In this document: piece by piece, positions 19,437 through 29,325 of the stretch
Layout: every line of letters begins with the position of its first letter
Numbering within the stretch: the first letter of the stretch is position 1
Program-made: the position numbers and the translations under genes
DNA from: a virus
Taxonomy: Duplodnaviria > Heunggongvirae > Uroviricota > Caudoviricetes
Reading direction: 5' to 3' (one strand)
DNA length: 64,000 nucleotides
IMG/VR virus record: IMGVR_UViG_3300020156_000001
Coordinates: 32,001 to 96,000 of that record
The notes under the pieces: model-generated
Databases searched by the model: none
What the model saw: only the letters and a program-made list of their open reading frames with translations
What the model was told of the DNA's origin: nothing

Positions 19437-20015
19437 TTATTTGCCGAACTGAATGCCCTTGTCCGTACCAGTACGGAAAGTATCCTGCGTGGCCGCGGAA
19501 AGGATTGGGTTGTACTGGGGAGCTTTCAGATCAATCTGTGGATAGCCGGCCTGAGTGTACCAAAACTTCGACCATGGCTTGCGAAGATCGCTGCGATAAC
19601 CCTGGACACGAGCAATCAAAAGCTTCTGCTCGTTGAAGAAGTCACGCCGGCCGGACTCGATAATGCGCTGGACTTGATTGAAGAGATTTGGATCAATGTT
19701 TGGATAAGCTTCGCGAACAGCTTGTGCGACTGGCTTGACGCCGCCTTCACCATAACGTCCTTCGATAGAGCCGACGATCACTTCCTTGAGCGCGTCCTTG
19801 TAAGCGTTAGCAACGCCCATGCTTTCGATAGCAGCCTGCGTAAACTGCGAGTACTTGGCAGCGTTGGTGCTGACCTGTGCTTCGATGCCTTCTTCGTGGT
19901 CGACGCCGCTGTTGGAGTATGAGAAATACTGCGAAACAGCAAACACACCGATCAACAGCACGGCTGCGATTGAAGCAATTGCGACGAGCTTTCCGCCGCC
20001 AGTTTTTGAACTCAT
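19437..20015 (-). CDS. LemA-like membrane-anchored helical protein
   Basis: N-terminal TM followed by a helical domain (REAYPNID..IIESGRRDF). Confidence 0.55.
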   Translation of the reverse strand: MSSKTGGGKLVAIASIAAVLLIGVFAVSQYFSYSNSGVDHEEGIEAQVSTNAAKYSQFTQAAIESMGVANAYKDALKEVIVGSIEGRYGEGGVKPVAQAVREAYPNIDPNLFNQVQRIIESGRRDFFNEQKLLIARVQGYRSDLRKPWSKFWYTQAGYPQIDLKAPQYNPILSAATQDTFRTGTDKGIQFGK

Positions 20016-21190
20016 CTAAATGATCTCCTGTTTGATTGAAATGCTGTGCCCAAGTCGATGTGATGGAACACAAACACAAGTCCGATACTTCCACCCACAC
20101 TTAGCACCAATGCCATAACTGTCAACCAGGTTGGCACCGGGATCTGCGACTTGAGGAACTCAAATTCCTTCATTTCTCGCCGCTCGTAATGGGCTTTTGC
20201 TGTTTCGCTGATCTTGTTGATAACATTGGGGAAGTTGATTGGTTGACCAATGCCTTCGCTAAGAGAATCGCGAATTGTAATGTCGTAGATGCTTTGCTTG
20301 GACCAGCTCATGCTTTCAGCCCACGCAAGCTTTCCATCGTTGACGCCCATAAACACAACAGCGTCGTTCTTCTTAAAGCCTTGCCAGAACCTACGCACGG
20401 CGTAAGGAAAATCCTCACTAGCAACCTTGGTATCCACAAGCACAAGAATCACATTCATTTGCTTGTTTGGTCCCAAATCCTTCAGCAAGTTTGATAACAA
20501 ACCATTCACGTAGTTGGGCACACTTACGTTACCAACGGCGATCACCCGATCCACGCGATAGTAATCATAAACTTCAATTGGATATTTGGGGAGAATGTTA
20601 AGGTACTTTTCCTCTGCCTTACCATCCTCATGGAACACGCTGTTTGAAGCGCCACGGATCCAGTTGGTGTAGGACTTTTGTGCGGCCACTGGCTCACCCA
20701 CATACGCGCTTGTGTAGCGTGGCGGCTCATACCGGCCCTGTGCATCAACGCGAGGAATGTAGAAAGTTTCCTTTACGTTGGAATCAAGCCAGTATTTGCG
20801 TTCCCAAGGATAGATGTAATTGTACTGAGTCTTGTAGTCCTGGACAGCGTGGCAACGTTTATCCTTGCCTTCGCCCGAACATACTTTGCGCGGTGGACCA
20901 TCCTTAACACGGCGTGTTGTGTATTCGGTGCAAAAACCATCAGTGTAGTCTTGCCAGCCAATTGGACAACGTTGCTGCTCAGTAATTTTGCGAGTAACCT
21001 CCCCGTTCCACAATTCATAATCGTGTGTATCGGAGTACCTTCCACCCCACCAAACCAACGATACGATAATCGCAGGAATAACAGCTTGTGCGAGAGCTTC
21101 TAGTGGGGTAATCGATTCATGCAGCAACCACATCACTAAACCAGCGATGATAATCGGCGTGAATATCGCAACGTAGAAAATAAAGTCCAT
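20012..21190 (-). CDS. Membrane protein with large extracytoplasmic domain
   Basis: Two N-terminal TMs and a C-terminal TM; coupled to the LemA-like gene. Confidence 0.7.
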   Translation of the reverse strand: MDFIFYVAIFTPIIIAGLVMWLLHESITPLEALAQAVIPAIIVSLVWWGGRYSDTHDYELWNGEVTRKITEQQRCPIGWQDYTDGFCTEYTTRRVKDGPPRKVCSGEGKDKRCHAVQDYKTQYNYIYPWERKYWLDSNVKETFYIPRVDAQGRYEPPRYTSAYVGEPVAAQKSYTNWIRGASNSVFHEDGKAEEKYLNILPKYPIEVYDYYRVDRVIAVGNVSVPNYVNGLLSNLLKDLGPNKQMNVILVLVDTKVASEDFPYAVRRFWQGFKKNDAVVFMGVNDGKLAWAESMSWSKQSIYDITIRDSLSEGIGQPINFPNVINKISETAKAHYERREMKEFEFLKSQIPVPTWLTVMALVLSVGGSIGLVFVFHHIDLGTAFQSNRRSFR

Positions 21191-21239
21191 AAAGGATCTC
21201 CAATATTTGGGTCCTTTATATGTTCAGGAAGTCAGGAAG

Positions 21240-21446
21240 TCAACCTTTGTCGAAAGGAGCTAGGATCTTTTTGATCTCCGCTTTGGCTTCTCTCTCAGAA
21301 TAACGGTAAAACTTACGCCAGCTTGCTGCCGGATCTTCCATTGTAGTCCAAAAGATGCCAAACGTGGACACTTGGATATACCAAACGTCCTTTGATTCTC
21401 CAATCAGCGCACCGTTGATTGCGCGATATTGCCGCTTCCATGCCAT
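21240..21446 (-). CDS. Hypothetical protein
   Basis: AAGGA RBS; in operon. Confidence 0.55.
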   Translation of the reverse strand: MAWKRQYRAINGALIGESKDVWYIQVSTFGIFWTTMEDPAASWRKFYRYSEREAKAEIKKILAPFDKG

Positions 21447-21449
21447 GGC

Positions 21450-21944
21450 TTAATCCTTTTCACGGCGATAAAGAAGTTCCATCGACTTTGCTCGCCAACT
21501 CTCGCACAGATATCCGTGTCTAAAGTATGTGGTCTTGGAAAGCGAGCGCTTTGCTGACCAGCGCACCATAAAGAAACGCTCAGCATAATCATACCAATTA
21601 TGGCTGTGGAGTACGGATGCTCTGGTAAAGTGCATGTGTAGGTGAGTGTTAATGGAATAAGCAGTGTCCACGTGTACGATTGGTCCACGTGGTTCCAAAA
21701 TAAACCAGTTCTTCTTAAGACTGCGGTAGCGATCACGGCGAGTAGCGGGATCTGCGGTTACCCATGTCTTAGGGATAACGATGCCATGCTTGCGAGCAAC
21801 TTCGTTATAGATTTCCCACACAAACTTGTAATTTGCGTGGTAAGCTTCCTTGTTATACCTATCGTTGTAGGTACTCCTAACACGCTTTGCGTCTAGGATA
21901 TCATCGTGCTTGATGTCGTAACTGTGATAGATTCCATGTGCCAT
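21450..21944 (-). CDS. Hypothetical protein
   Basis: 164-aa ORF in operon. Confidence 0.6.
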   Translation of the reverse strand: MAHGIYHSYDIKHDDILDAKRVRSTYNDRYNKEAYHANYKFVWEIYNEVARKHGIVIPKTWVTADPATRRDRYRSLKKNWFILEPRGPIVHVDTAYSINTHLHMHFTRASVLHSHNWYDYAERFFMVRWSAKRSLSKTTYFRHGYLCESWRAKSMELLYRREKD

Positions 21945-21963
21945 AATAGGAATCTAACTTGGA

Positions 21964-22302
21964 TCATGGTTTATGTTCAATATTAAAATAAACTGGAGTC
22001 ATCCCAAGTTTAGCGGCCATAGCATCGGCTTTGGTACGGAAGCCAATATAGTTAGTCAATGGTAAAGTTTTCCAGTGCCAAGGTTCCACGTTTTCCAAAT
22101 ATGGAGGTTGTAAGCCCCAAATACTAATGCAAGCGGATTCAAGTTCCTGCTTAACTTTGTTTACATAAATTTCGTGGATGAATTTCACTTTGATTTGAGC
22201 GTCGATGCCAGAAATTAAAAGGTGTGGATGGTCTACCATATATGGTAAACGGTTTTCATCGTATTCGTATTCGTATTGAATAATGCTAGAAATTTTCGCC
22301 AT
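21964..22302 (-). CDS. FKL-motif family small protein
   Basis: IGFRTKADAMAAKLGM; GGAGGA RBS before MAKISS. Confidence 0.6.
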   Translation of the reverse strand: MAKISSIIQYEYEYDENRLPYMVDHPHLLISGIDAQIKVKFIHEIYVNKVKQELESACISIWGLQPPYLENVEPWHWKTLPLTNYIGFRTKADAMAAKLGMTPVYFNIEHKP

Positions 22303-22786
22303 TGAAGAGTCCTCCAGAGCGTTCGACCGTAACACCATCAAACAGAATCCTAAATTTAGCTGCATCACTGCGCTCTCTAAACGCAAAAGCAGCATGGTTG
22401 TGGTTACGATACCAACGAGCACTTGGCTTGTTATATCCTCGGCCAAAGCTGGCGTTGCATTGCTTGTCCAGCCAACGATACACCGGATGTTGCTTTGGAA
22501 TCACATAAGTGTGGTTGGATTCATCACACGCTTGGGGAACAAAAAGAAACTTTCGGTGCGGACTCATATCCAATGGAAGCTCATCGCACATCTTTATGAT
22601 AAGTGTGAAGTCCGCTGGTGGCAAACTGTCCTTCTTTGAAGATGCCCGCATGGAGTACCTTGGGTTCATCATCGGTAAAATCATATTTTGCGCGGTCAAG
22701 ATCGACGCAACTGAATGTGGTTTAACCGTTTTTATTGTGGACATCAATACTTTGTGATGTGAAATCGAATTAGTCATAGAACACAC
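22286..22786 (-). CDS. FKL-motif family small protein
   Basis: FAFRERSDAAKFRILF. Confidence 0.6.
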   Translation of the reverse strand: MCSMTNSISHHKVLMSTIKTVKPHSVASILTAQNMILPMMNPRYSMRASSKKDSLPPADFTLIIKMCDELPLDMSPHRKFLFVPQACDESNHTYVIPKQHPVYRWLDKQCNASFGRGYNKPSARWYRNHNHAAFAFRERSDAAKFRILFDGVTVERSGGLFNGENF

Positions 22787-23115
22787 ACCGTATCCTGAGA
22801 CAAGTCAATTTCAGTACCATCCCATGTGGTTCTAAACAGCATGGCGTGCTTTTTGTTACCATAGGTGAAACCATTAACAGATGACACCACAATTCTGTTT
22901 ATTAGGTTTGGCATCCAAAGCCAAGGATTTGGCCTACCAAAAGCATCATAGTTCCATTGTATCAAATTCTGGGAAAGTTTCCATTCGTCTAAAAGATGAG
23001 AACGTGAACCCGTATGGATCATATCCATCGCTATCACTAACACCTTATGAGGTGTGGGTGAGGTTGGATGATATTCATAAGTACATTTGAGGTACGACAT
23101 ACTTGAGCCCAGCAA
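22774..23115 (-). CDS. FKL-motif family small protein
   Basis: FTYGNKKHAMLFRTTW. Confidence 0.6.
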   Translation of the reverse strand: MLGSSMSYLKCTYEYHPTSPTPHKVLVIAMDMIHTGSRSHLLDEWKLSQNLIQWNYDAFGRPNPWLWMPNLINRIVVSSVNGFTYGNKKHAMLFRTTWDGTEIDLSQDTVCVL

Positions 23116-23159
23116 TTATCCTGCTGATGCTAACTGGTATGTCGATGTTTTGCAAGAGC

Positions 23160-23459
23160 TTAGTCGTTCCAAATCTTTACGCGAAGGTAACCGAACATTG
23201 GATGAGTGCAATGGTATTCCCAGTACTCACGTTCGTTTTCCTGCGTGTTCATTCCCTGATTTGGATAAAGCTGAACAAATTCCAGCGTTCGTTGGGTGCG
23301 GGTGCTACGGAGATAAAACATTGGCTTGCCGGTGCTGCGATCCGGCTTTGGGACCAAATCACTTAGATCGCTGGCTTCTGCCGTGAACAGCTTGGAATCC
23401 GCATGATACGTAAAGTTGTCCGTATCGATTACCGAATATCCTGCCATCGTTGCGATCAT
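23160..23459 (-). CDS. Hypothetical protein (paralogue of 53735..54019)
   Basis: FYLRSTRT...RVKIWND resembles FYVESTRT...EAKLFND. Confidence 0.65.
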   Translation of the reverse strand: MIATMAGYSVIDTDNFTYHADSKLFTAEASDLSDLVPKPDRSTGKPMFYLRSTRTQRTLEFVQLYPNQGMNTQENEREYWEYHCTHPMFGYLRVKIWND

Positions 23460-23508
23460 CGTTAGCTCCTTTGTTTGTACTTGTAATCTAGCACAACTCA
23501 GGAAGTTG

Positions 23509-23829
23509 TCAATCCTGAAATGCCAGTTTTATTACCAACGCGTCCTCTTTTTTGCGGAACTTTACGCAACGATATCCATTAGAAGCTTCGGCCGCCCATG
23601 GTACGTAGGCAACGCCAAGACGGGGAAACCTTTCCTCGCATAGCTCTTCTAGTTGCCTCCAAAGCATACTGTGTTGATCTATGCTGGCAATTCTTCCATC
23701 CTCACTAAACCGTTGGAACTTGAGAGTGTGAGGAAAAACAAAAGTTGGATTTACTAGTTCGTAAACCAATTTGGGAGGACCAAACTTAGGCGGCCGCCAG
23801 CTACCACCCAAAATAACATCAATACCCAC
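23509..23829 (-). CDS. FKL-motif family small protein
   Basis: VKFRKKEDALVIKLAF. Confidence 0.65.
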   Translation of the reverse strand: MGIDVILGGSWRPPKFGPPKLVYELVNPTFVFPHTLKFQRFSEDGRIASIDQHSMLWRQLEELCEERFPRLGVAYVPWAAEASNGYRCVKFRKKEDALVIKLAFQD

Positions 23830-23841
23830 GTGAAACTCCTT

Positions 23842-24195
23842 TTACGGAGTATATGCGAGTTTAATCATTACTGCATCCGATTTTTTAACAAAAACAAATC
23901 GGTCTTCTTGAAACTTCCATGTGGGACCGCGAAGAAATGTTCGTGCATCGCCAATACGTTCCTCACAAAGCGCCGTAAGTTGACTCCAGCTGGAATGCGC
24001 GGGACTTGCCGGCACAACATGCCCCAGCTTATTGTACATGCGTGGAACCAGCGCATATCGATAACGAAAAACAAAGCCAGGCTTTTCTACAAACTCCAGC
24101 TTGAAATCGGTATACCGACGCATGGTGCGGAGTTCTTCTTCGGTGTAACCGTCAATATAAGTGCCCATTTCCGATCCACCCCAACTTTCTTCCAT
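23842..24195 (-). CDS. FKL-motif family small protein
   Basis: FVFVKKSDAVMIKLAY. Confidence 0.65.
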   Translation of the reverse strand: MEESWGGSEMGTYIDGYTEEELRTMRRYTDFKLEFVEKPGFVFRYRYALVPRMYNKLGHVVPASPAHSSWSQLTALCEERIGDARTFLRGPTWKFQEDRFVFVKKSDAVMIKLAYTP

Positions 24196-24524
24196 TAGCC
24201 AAATACCATCTTGAATTGCATGGCATGGGCTTTACGCCGAAACTCAATGCGATTCCTGCTGGGACTGACAAAGTAGCTGATCTGAAAGAATCCGCTACCA
24301 AACCGCGTGAAGTTCTCTTGGCAATATTCGTGGGCAGTTTTCCAAAACAGATCACCCGGCCGAACTGACCAAGTGGTGCCCTGGTCATTTTCCCATCTTA
24401 CATGGAGAACATGTTTTTGTAGAGCATACCAAGGCCCTTCCTTCTTGTAAGAGAAGATTGGTTTTGCTGCGAAAGGATACCACCCTGCCCCGTTGTCGTC
24501 GATTTCCATTACCGATCCTTCCAA
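24195..24524 (-). CDS. FKL-motif family small protein
   Basis: IEFRRKAHAMQFKMVF. Confidence 0.65.
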   Translation of the reverse strand: MEGSVMEIDDNGAGWYPFAAKPIFSYKKEGPWYALQKHVLHVRWENDQGTTWSVRPGDLFWKTAHEYCQENFTRFGSGFFQISYFVSPSRNRIEFRRKAHAMQFKMVFG

Positions 24525-24787
24525 GCTTCAAACAATGGAACGCCGATGATATCACCGGGCTTTGCATCTTCATAGGACACCGGAGGAAGCGCACCAATGG
24601 CCGTCATATGCTTGCGTGGCGGACGTTCGGGAACTGTTTCCTTGAGCTTTGCTGGCTGATGGTAGCCGGGGTTCAAAGCCTTACGTGAGGGGCTGGATGG
24701 AAAATACGGATAAACCGTTCGAGCATTGTTCATCTGCACGATGAGCATTGCGGATTGGATCATCGGTAAGATATTGATAAAGCTCAT
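24509..24787 (-). CDS. Hypothetical protein
   Basis: ORF in operon. Confidence 0.5.
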   Translation of the reverse strand: MSFINILPMIQSAMLIVQMNNARTVYPYFPSSPSRKALNPGYHQPAKLKETVPERPPRKHMTAIGALPPVSYEDAKPGDIIGVPLFEAWKDR

Positions 24788-24788
24788 C

Positions 24789-25139
24789 TTACTTTTCCAT
24801 CTTCCACTTGAGGTATTCAGTGGCCTCGTCAGCAAAGTTTTTCGTTAGTTCGGATTCTGCCACCAACGCAAACTTTTGCCAAGTGTGAAGGAACTTGGAT
24901 GCTGCGATGGTGTCGAGAAAGCTGCACACGGTTTGCGGAACCATTGGAACAATATCTAGGGCATCGGTTTCTATTTCATACTTACCATCGACAAATGCGA
25001 TGATCTTGCTCATGTAAAAGCCAATATGAAAAAGCTTACTTTCCAAGCAAACGCCACCGCCGGTACCTATCCATGTTACTTGGCCGGTAAAGGTTCCGCG
25101 ATCGCTGCGAACTGTGATAATGTCGTTAACGTTGAACAT
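24789..25139 (-). CDS. Hypothetical protein
   Basis: GGAGATCGAAATG start context. Confidence 0.65.
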   Translation of the reverse strand: MFNVNDIITVRSDRGTFTGQVTWIGTGGGVCLESKLFHIGFYMSKIIAFVDGKYEIETDALDIVPMVPQTVCSFLDTIAASKFLHTWQKFALVAESELTKNFADEATEYLKWKMEK

Positions 25140-25161
25140 TTCGATCTCCTTGATCTGCGCG

Positions 25162-25443
25162 TTAGTTAATCGCGTAGATGTCAATTCCCTTTGCTTCAGC
25201 AGCTTTGACCGCGGCCTTAACAGCTTTGCGATCCATCTTAAACGACCAAACCGAACCAACAGCAAAGCCAGCTTCACGCAGTGCTTCCGACATATCGGTG
25301 TCGATCTTCGTCATCCACTTGCCGCTCTTGTGGAATGTTGATTCGGCGGAGATCTTGGAGATCGGCTTGCTCTTGGCCCAACCATCGAGGAAGTTTGCAG
25401 CCTTGAGAATTTCAAGTTCTGTAAGCTTCTTTGCCTTAGCCAT
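25162..25443 (-). CDS. Hypothetical protein
   Basis: GGAGATCGAAAATG start context; early promoter upstream. Confidence 0.7.
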   Translation of the reverse strand: MAKAKKLTELEILKAANFLDGWAKSKPISKISAESTFHKSGKWMTKIDTDMSEALREAGFAVGSVWSFKMDRKAVKAAVKAAEAKGIDIYAIN

Positions 25444-25533
25444 TTTCGATCTCCGTTGTTTGTTCCTATGTTCTGAATCTAACATAGAGTAGGAAGGAGT
25501 CAACCGATTCAATCGTTGATGAACCAAAAATGA

Positions 25534-26025
25534 TTACCATTTTGGATTTTTGAGATTTGTCCCATTACGCTTATGGACTCGCATATGATCTACAATTTCA
25601 GTCACGCCTTTTATCAATAATCCTGCATTAATATCGCCTGACTCCAATGTTAAGCCATGGATCATAATAGAGACATAGAATTCTGGCTGTACCTTTTTAT
25701 TGAACAGAAACAAAAACACACTTGCATATTTTTCATAACTTCTGTTGATGGCACCAAATTCACGAACAGCCGCAAGTCTTGGGTATAGTAGGAAGGGATT
25801 TTCTTCTAAGACTATATCTGGCTCACGCACACCCACACTTCTTGCAAAATCTACTTGCTTTTTGAATTCATTTGAATCTGTCTCACAGCGGAAGGCGAAT
25901 TCATACATCTGCTGAAATTTTACAAATCCCTGGTGACGAGTACTTGAGGGAATGAATCCTTTGCAAGGATTAAAGGGAGTATGTGGTGTGTGATCCTCAA
26001 GCAGCATAATCGTCTCCTGTTTCAT
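25534..26025 (-). CDS. Hypothetical protein
   Basis: 163-aa ORF behind an early promoter. Confidence 0.6.
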   Translation of the reverse strand: MKQETIMLLEDHTPHTPFNPCKGFIPSSTRHQGFVKFQQMYEFAFRCETDSNEFKKQVDFARSVGVREPDIVLEENPFLLYPRLAAVREFGAINRSYEKYASVFLFLFNKKVQPEFYVSIMIHGLTLESGDINAGLLIKGVTEIVDHMRVHKRNGTNLKNPKW

Positions 26026-26058
26026 TTAGGAAACTAACATAGGAACTAGGTTTGTCAA

Positions 26059-26415
26059 CTAAGAACAATAATCCACATACAAAGGAAAAAGATCATAGGT
26101 GGTTTTACCCTTAAACATTAACACGAACAGAATGGCATCCGCATGATCTCGAAAGGTAAAGACTAGTTCTGATCGTGGCCGTCGATCCCATCTATAATTC
26201 ATACCTATGCCTTGGGCACCAAACATGTTAACCATTTCGTGCCGTAGGTAAAACTGCCACATTTCAAAATGTTCGGTTACGTCCCATACCGGAACAACAC
26301 CGTCATAATATCTCTCATACTTTGGGCCAAAGTTGTACTTTAGGGAAACCCAATGAGGCTTCCATCGAGAACGATCATGAAAGTGATAATCCAAATAATA
26401 GTGGAATACTTGCAT
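26059..26415 (-). CDS. FKL-motif family small protein
   Basis: FTFRDHADAILFVLMF. Confidence 0.6.
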   Translation of the reverse strand: MQVFHYYLDYHFHDRSRWKPHWVSLKYNFGPKYERYYDGVVPVWDVTEHFEMWQFYLRHEMVNMFGAQGIGMNYRWDRRPRSELVFTFRDHADAILFVLMFKGKTTYDLFPLYVDYCS

Positions 26416-26519
26416 ACTGCTATTCTTCTAGAATCCTTTGAGGTAACCTAGCATGAGTAGTAAGTTTGTCAAACAGATATGGAAAAGGCTCCCACTAGGA
26501 GAGCCTTGACCATTGCTAA

Positions 26520-27161
26520 TTACAGACCACGGAGTGCTTGATCTTCTTCAGTCGAGCAACCAGGGCCGCCGAAGAAGTAGTTGAGTTCAACAAACGTCTT
26601 CTCGTCGCTTGTTGCAACCATCTTCATTGTAATTGAAGTACCGTGGGGAAGAACCGCCGGAGAGTTGGTCCATTCCTTGCTGAACTGTTTGACGCCAGCC
26701 TTGACTGCTGCGGCAAACTGATCAGCCGACTGATAACCAACCGAATTGCCGGCAGCATTGGAATTCTTTTCAGAAGTTGCCGGGCCGTACTTGCGGCCGA
26801 GAAGAACTGCCAGCTTTTCGTAAGCCTTGGTAACCTGCCAGCCGGTGCGATCGCCGCGGAAGACCTGAGAATATGCAGTCACGTTGCAGATGCCGTCGCG
26901 TGGACCACTGCGAGTTTCTACAGTGTAAGCGCCGAACATTGCATTCTTTTCCGGAAGCCCCTTGCAGTCGTAGAGGTCATCTTCGAACACCGTGCAGCCG
27001 AGTGTTTCGAGATCCGAATTCTGCGTAACGCCGAAGGGAGCAAATTCCGAAAGCTGAGCTTCCTTGGCCGGAGTTGCAGCCGGCGCATCAGCCATTGCTG
27101 GAGTTGCCGAAAGCATTGCGATGGCTGCGAGCGCAAACATTGACCTATGGGTGAATTTCAT
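26520..27161 (-). CDS. Secreted/periplasmic hypothetical protein
   Basis: Signal peptide (..TPAMA-D), four Cys; GGAGATCGAAAATG. Confidence 0.7.
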   Translation of the reverse strand: MKFTHRSMFALAAIAMLSATPAMADAPAATPAKEAQLSEFAPFGVTQNSDLETLGCTVFEDDLYDCKGLPEKNAMFGAYTVETRSGPRDGICNVTAYSQVFRGDRTGWQVTKAYEKLAVLLGRKYGPATSEKNSNAAGNSVGYQSADQFAAAVKAGVKQFSKEWTNSPAVLPHGTSITMKMVATSDEKTFVELNYFFGGPGCSTEEDQALRGL

Positions 27162-27261
27162 TTTCGATCTCCTATGTTTCAATAAACCAGTTCTAACACA
27201 GGATTAGGAGATGTCAACACCAGATATGGAAAAAGCTCCCACAAGGGGAGCCTTTTCGAAA

Positions 27262-28270
27262 AGCCTGAGAATACAGCTTTTTGCGGTGACCTTCTAGGAT
27301 TATCCTTTGCCTTGCGAGCTAGGTTCCCTTTCATCCACATACTTGGCTTTCACCTAAGTACGTATCCACCAATGCTGCCGACTTGTATACCGCAGGCGTT
27401 AGCGGTGACATACGTTGCTATTCGACAGTTTCCAATCCACCGACCCTGCCGAGCCGTTCACCAGGCGCTAACCCAGTTATGAACCTTCTTCTATCAACAC
27501 ACTTTGGCTTGCGACCTCCATGTGACTCCATTAGCTTGCGCCTGGAGCATTAAGCACCTTTCACAACGTACCGAAACAGACTTTGCGTTTTCATATAGCG
27601 GTTTGCTAACCAAAAGCAGAGCTGTGTCAACCCATTAAGACGTGCTGTTTCCTGGTTTCATGAATGTTTCCATTCACCAAATGCCAGACGCCTCGTACCT
27701 TTCGCCTTGCGAGCTACTTAGTCATCCTTCACGGATTCAGCCGTTGCAGGCCGTATCCATTTGTATTGCCAGTTGCCCTTCCTTGCGGGGTCGGACTGAC
27801 CTGACTACACGTTGACCATTAACAGTCGACAAGTTTGCGTGAGCAGGTTAGCTTGCGGGCCTTACATCCTCACCGATCGGCTCTGGATGATTGTCCTTTC
27901 GGGACACCTTACTCCTTGTCTTCCTGTATAGTACCAACTTTCGTTGATACCTCCTACGCGGAAGGTCCGTGCTTGCTTAGTGGGGCCATATTGCTATGGT
28001 GCGCTTCATTGGGGATCCACGCTTTAAACTAAGTTGCCCTAGTCTATCCCTTTATCGGCCCTAAGCGGCCAAACTTTTTGGAATTTGCATTCCTGAACCG
28101 TTCTACTTGGGCCTATACAAGGTGAGCCTCGAATCTCACATCGTACCGGGGTTCCTGTATCGTACTACCTTTCCTAGTCCAACACGCTTGGGTTACTTTC
28201 CTCACCAAGCTACATTGTATAGGCCAAAGCAGAACCAGTTCCTGTTGCAAACGTTTCCGCTTGCGTCATG
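27262..28270 (-). ncRNA. Large highly structured ncRNA, GOLLD-like
   Basis: ~1 kb without a credible ORF; many GNRA-capped hairpins on the - strand; promoter TTGCGG-17-TATAAC upstream; terminator at ~27228-27256. The GOLLD assignment is from recall of family size and context, not a search. Confidence 0.65.
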
Positions 28271-28434
28271 TTCTTGTTATACGATAAGTCTGTTTCTGCC
28301 GCAATATAAAAAATCAACTTTTTGTGAAAAAAGTTCTAAGCGTTTGAAAACAAAGGCATCTTTAGGTTATACATGACTTTGGTTGACATTTTTATAAACA
28401 GGTACTAGTATTTGTCTACACTAAGGAGACCCCA

Positions 28435-28632
28435 ATGGGCTTGTTTGATTACGGTTTTGAGAAGAAGCAGAAGAGCCCTAGCAGAAGCCTTCATGATGGC
28501 ATTGGCCTTATGATACTGCTGGCAATTATTTTGGTCCCACTGGGTATGTTTTTTCGGCTTCTCCCATATCTTCTAATCATTGGGGCGCTTTGGGCCGCAT
28601 TCTACTATGGGAGTCAAGCGTTAGGATTTTAA
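28435..28632 (+). CDS. Small membrane protein
   Basis: TTGACA promoter and AAGGAG RBS; two hydrophobic segments. Confidence 0.6.
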   Translation: MGLFDYGFEKKQKSPSRSLHDGIGLMILLAIILVPLGMFFRLLPYLLIIGALWAAFYYGSQALGF

Positions 28633-28646
28633 CGGAGGAACAAAGC

Positions 28647-28730
28647 ATGACCAAGAAAAGTATCGTGTACTATGGTAATGTGTTTCTTGTAGGAGTGGCT
28701 TTCATCTTCATCGGCTCACTCCTTTTCTGA
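28647..28730 (+). CDS. Very small single-TM peptide (27 aa)
   Basis: GGAGG RBS; MTKKSIVYYGNVFLVGVAFIFIGSLLF; terminator follows. Confidence 0.5.
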   Translation: MTKKSIVYYGNVFLVGVAFIFIGSLLF

Positions 28731-28771
28731 CATGACAATGGCCCGGAATTATTCCGGACCATTTCCATGAC

Positions 28772-29101
28772 TTAGTTTGTAGTCTGTAGGAGTTCGATTT
28801 CCTCCGCAGTAAAGCCTAGATCCTTAGCGCGTTGGATGATTGCCTCACGCTTGGTGACCTTGTTTTGGATCTCAAGATCCTCGGCTGACGGTTCTTGCAG
28901 GTGCATTTCGGTGTACCACTTACCATCGTGGTACCAAGCTTCGCCCTTTATGACCGGGCAGTCGTGGCCCATAACGTAGTTCTTCTTCGCAAGCCGTCTT
29001 GCGGTGGATTCAAACTCGCAATACGCGCTTATGTATTGGCGGCCGCGGCCCTCGGTGAGATCAGTGTTTGTGTGAACAGTCCAAATCGTGCGCTTTTCCA
29101 T
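28772..29101 (-). CDS. Conserved phage hypothetical protein
   Basis: TNTDLTEGRG motif. Confidence 0.65.
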   Translation of the reverse strand: MEKRTIWTVHTNTDLTEGRGRQYISAYCEFESTARRLAKKNYVMGHDCPVIKGEAWYHDGKWYTEMHLQEPSAEDLEIQNKVTKREAIIQRAKDLGFTAEEIELLQTTN

Positions 29102-29325
29102 CAGAGTTCTCCCATTGCCCGCAGTTTGCGAATTTCAGCTTGGTCGGCGATACAAAGCATTGTTTCCGTATAAACCCAATCATCCAAATCCGATTTTCCC
29201 AGTTTAGCCGAATATCCGGCTGATGCTTTGCAATCGTCAAAGGTGTCAAACGTGAGGCCGGTTGGCCCACCTTTGGTTGTCATCATAACAAAGCCGAGAA
29301 GAATTGTTGGGAGAACCTTACGCAT
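29101..29325 (-). CDS. Hypothetical protein
   Basis: GGAGG RBS; coupled to neighbours. Confidence 0.55.
   Translation of the reverse strand: MRKVLPTILLGFVMMTTKGGPTGLTFDTFDDCKASAGYSAKLGKSDLDDWVYTETMLCIADQAEIRKLRAMGEL

Noticed and set aside
27262-28376. ORFs 27835..28032 and 28107..28376 (+), or a group I/II intron
   Set aside because: The ORFs lack an RBS and protein-like composition. No interrupted gene flanks the region, and it has its own promoter and terminator.
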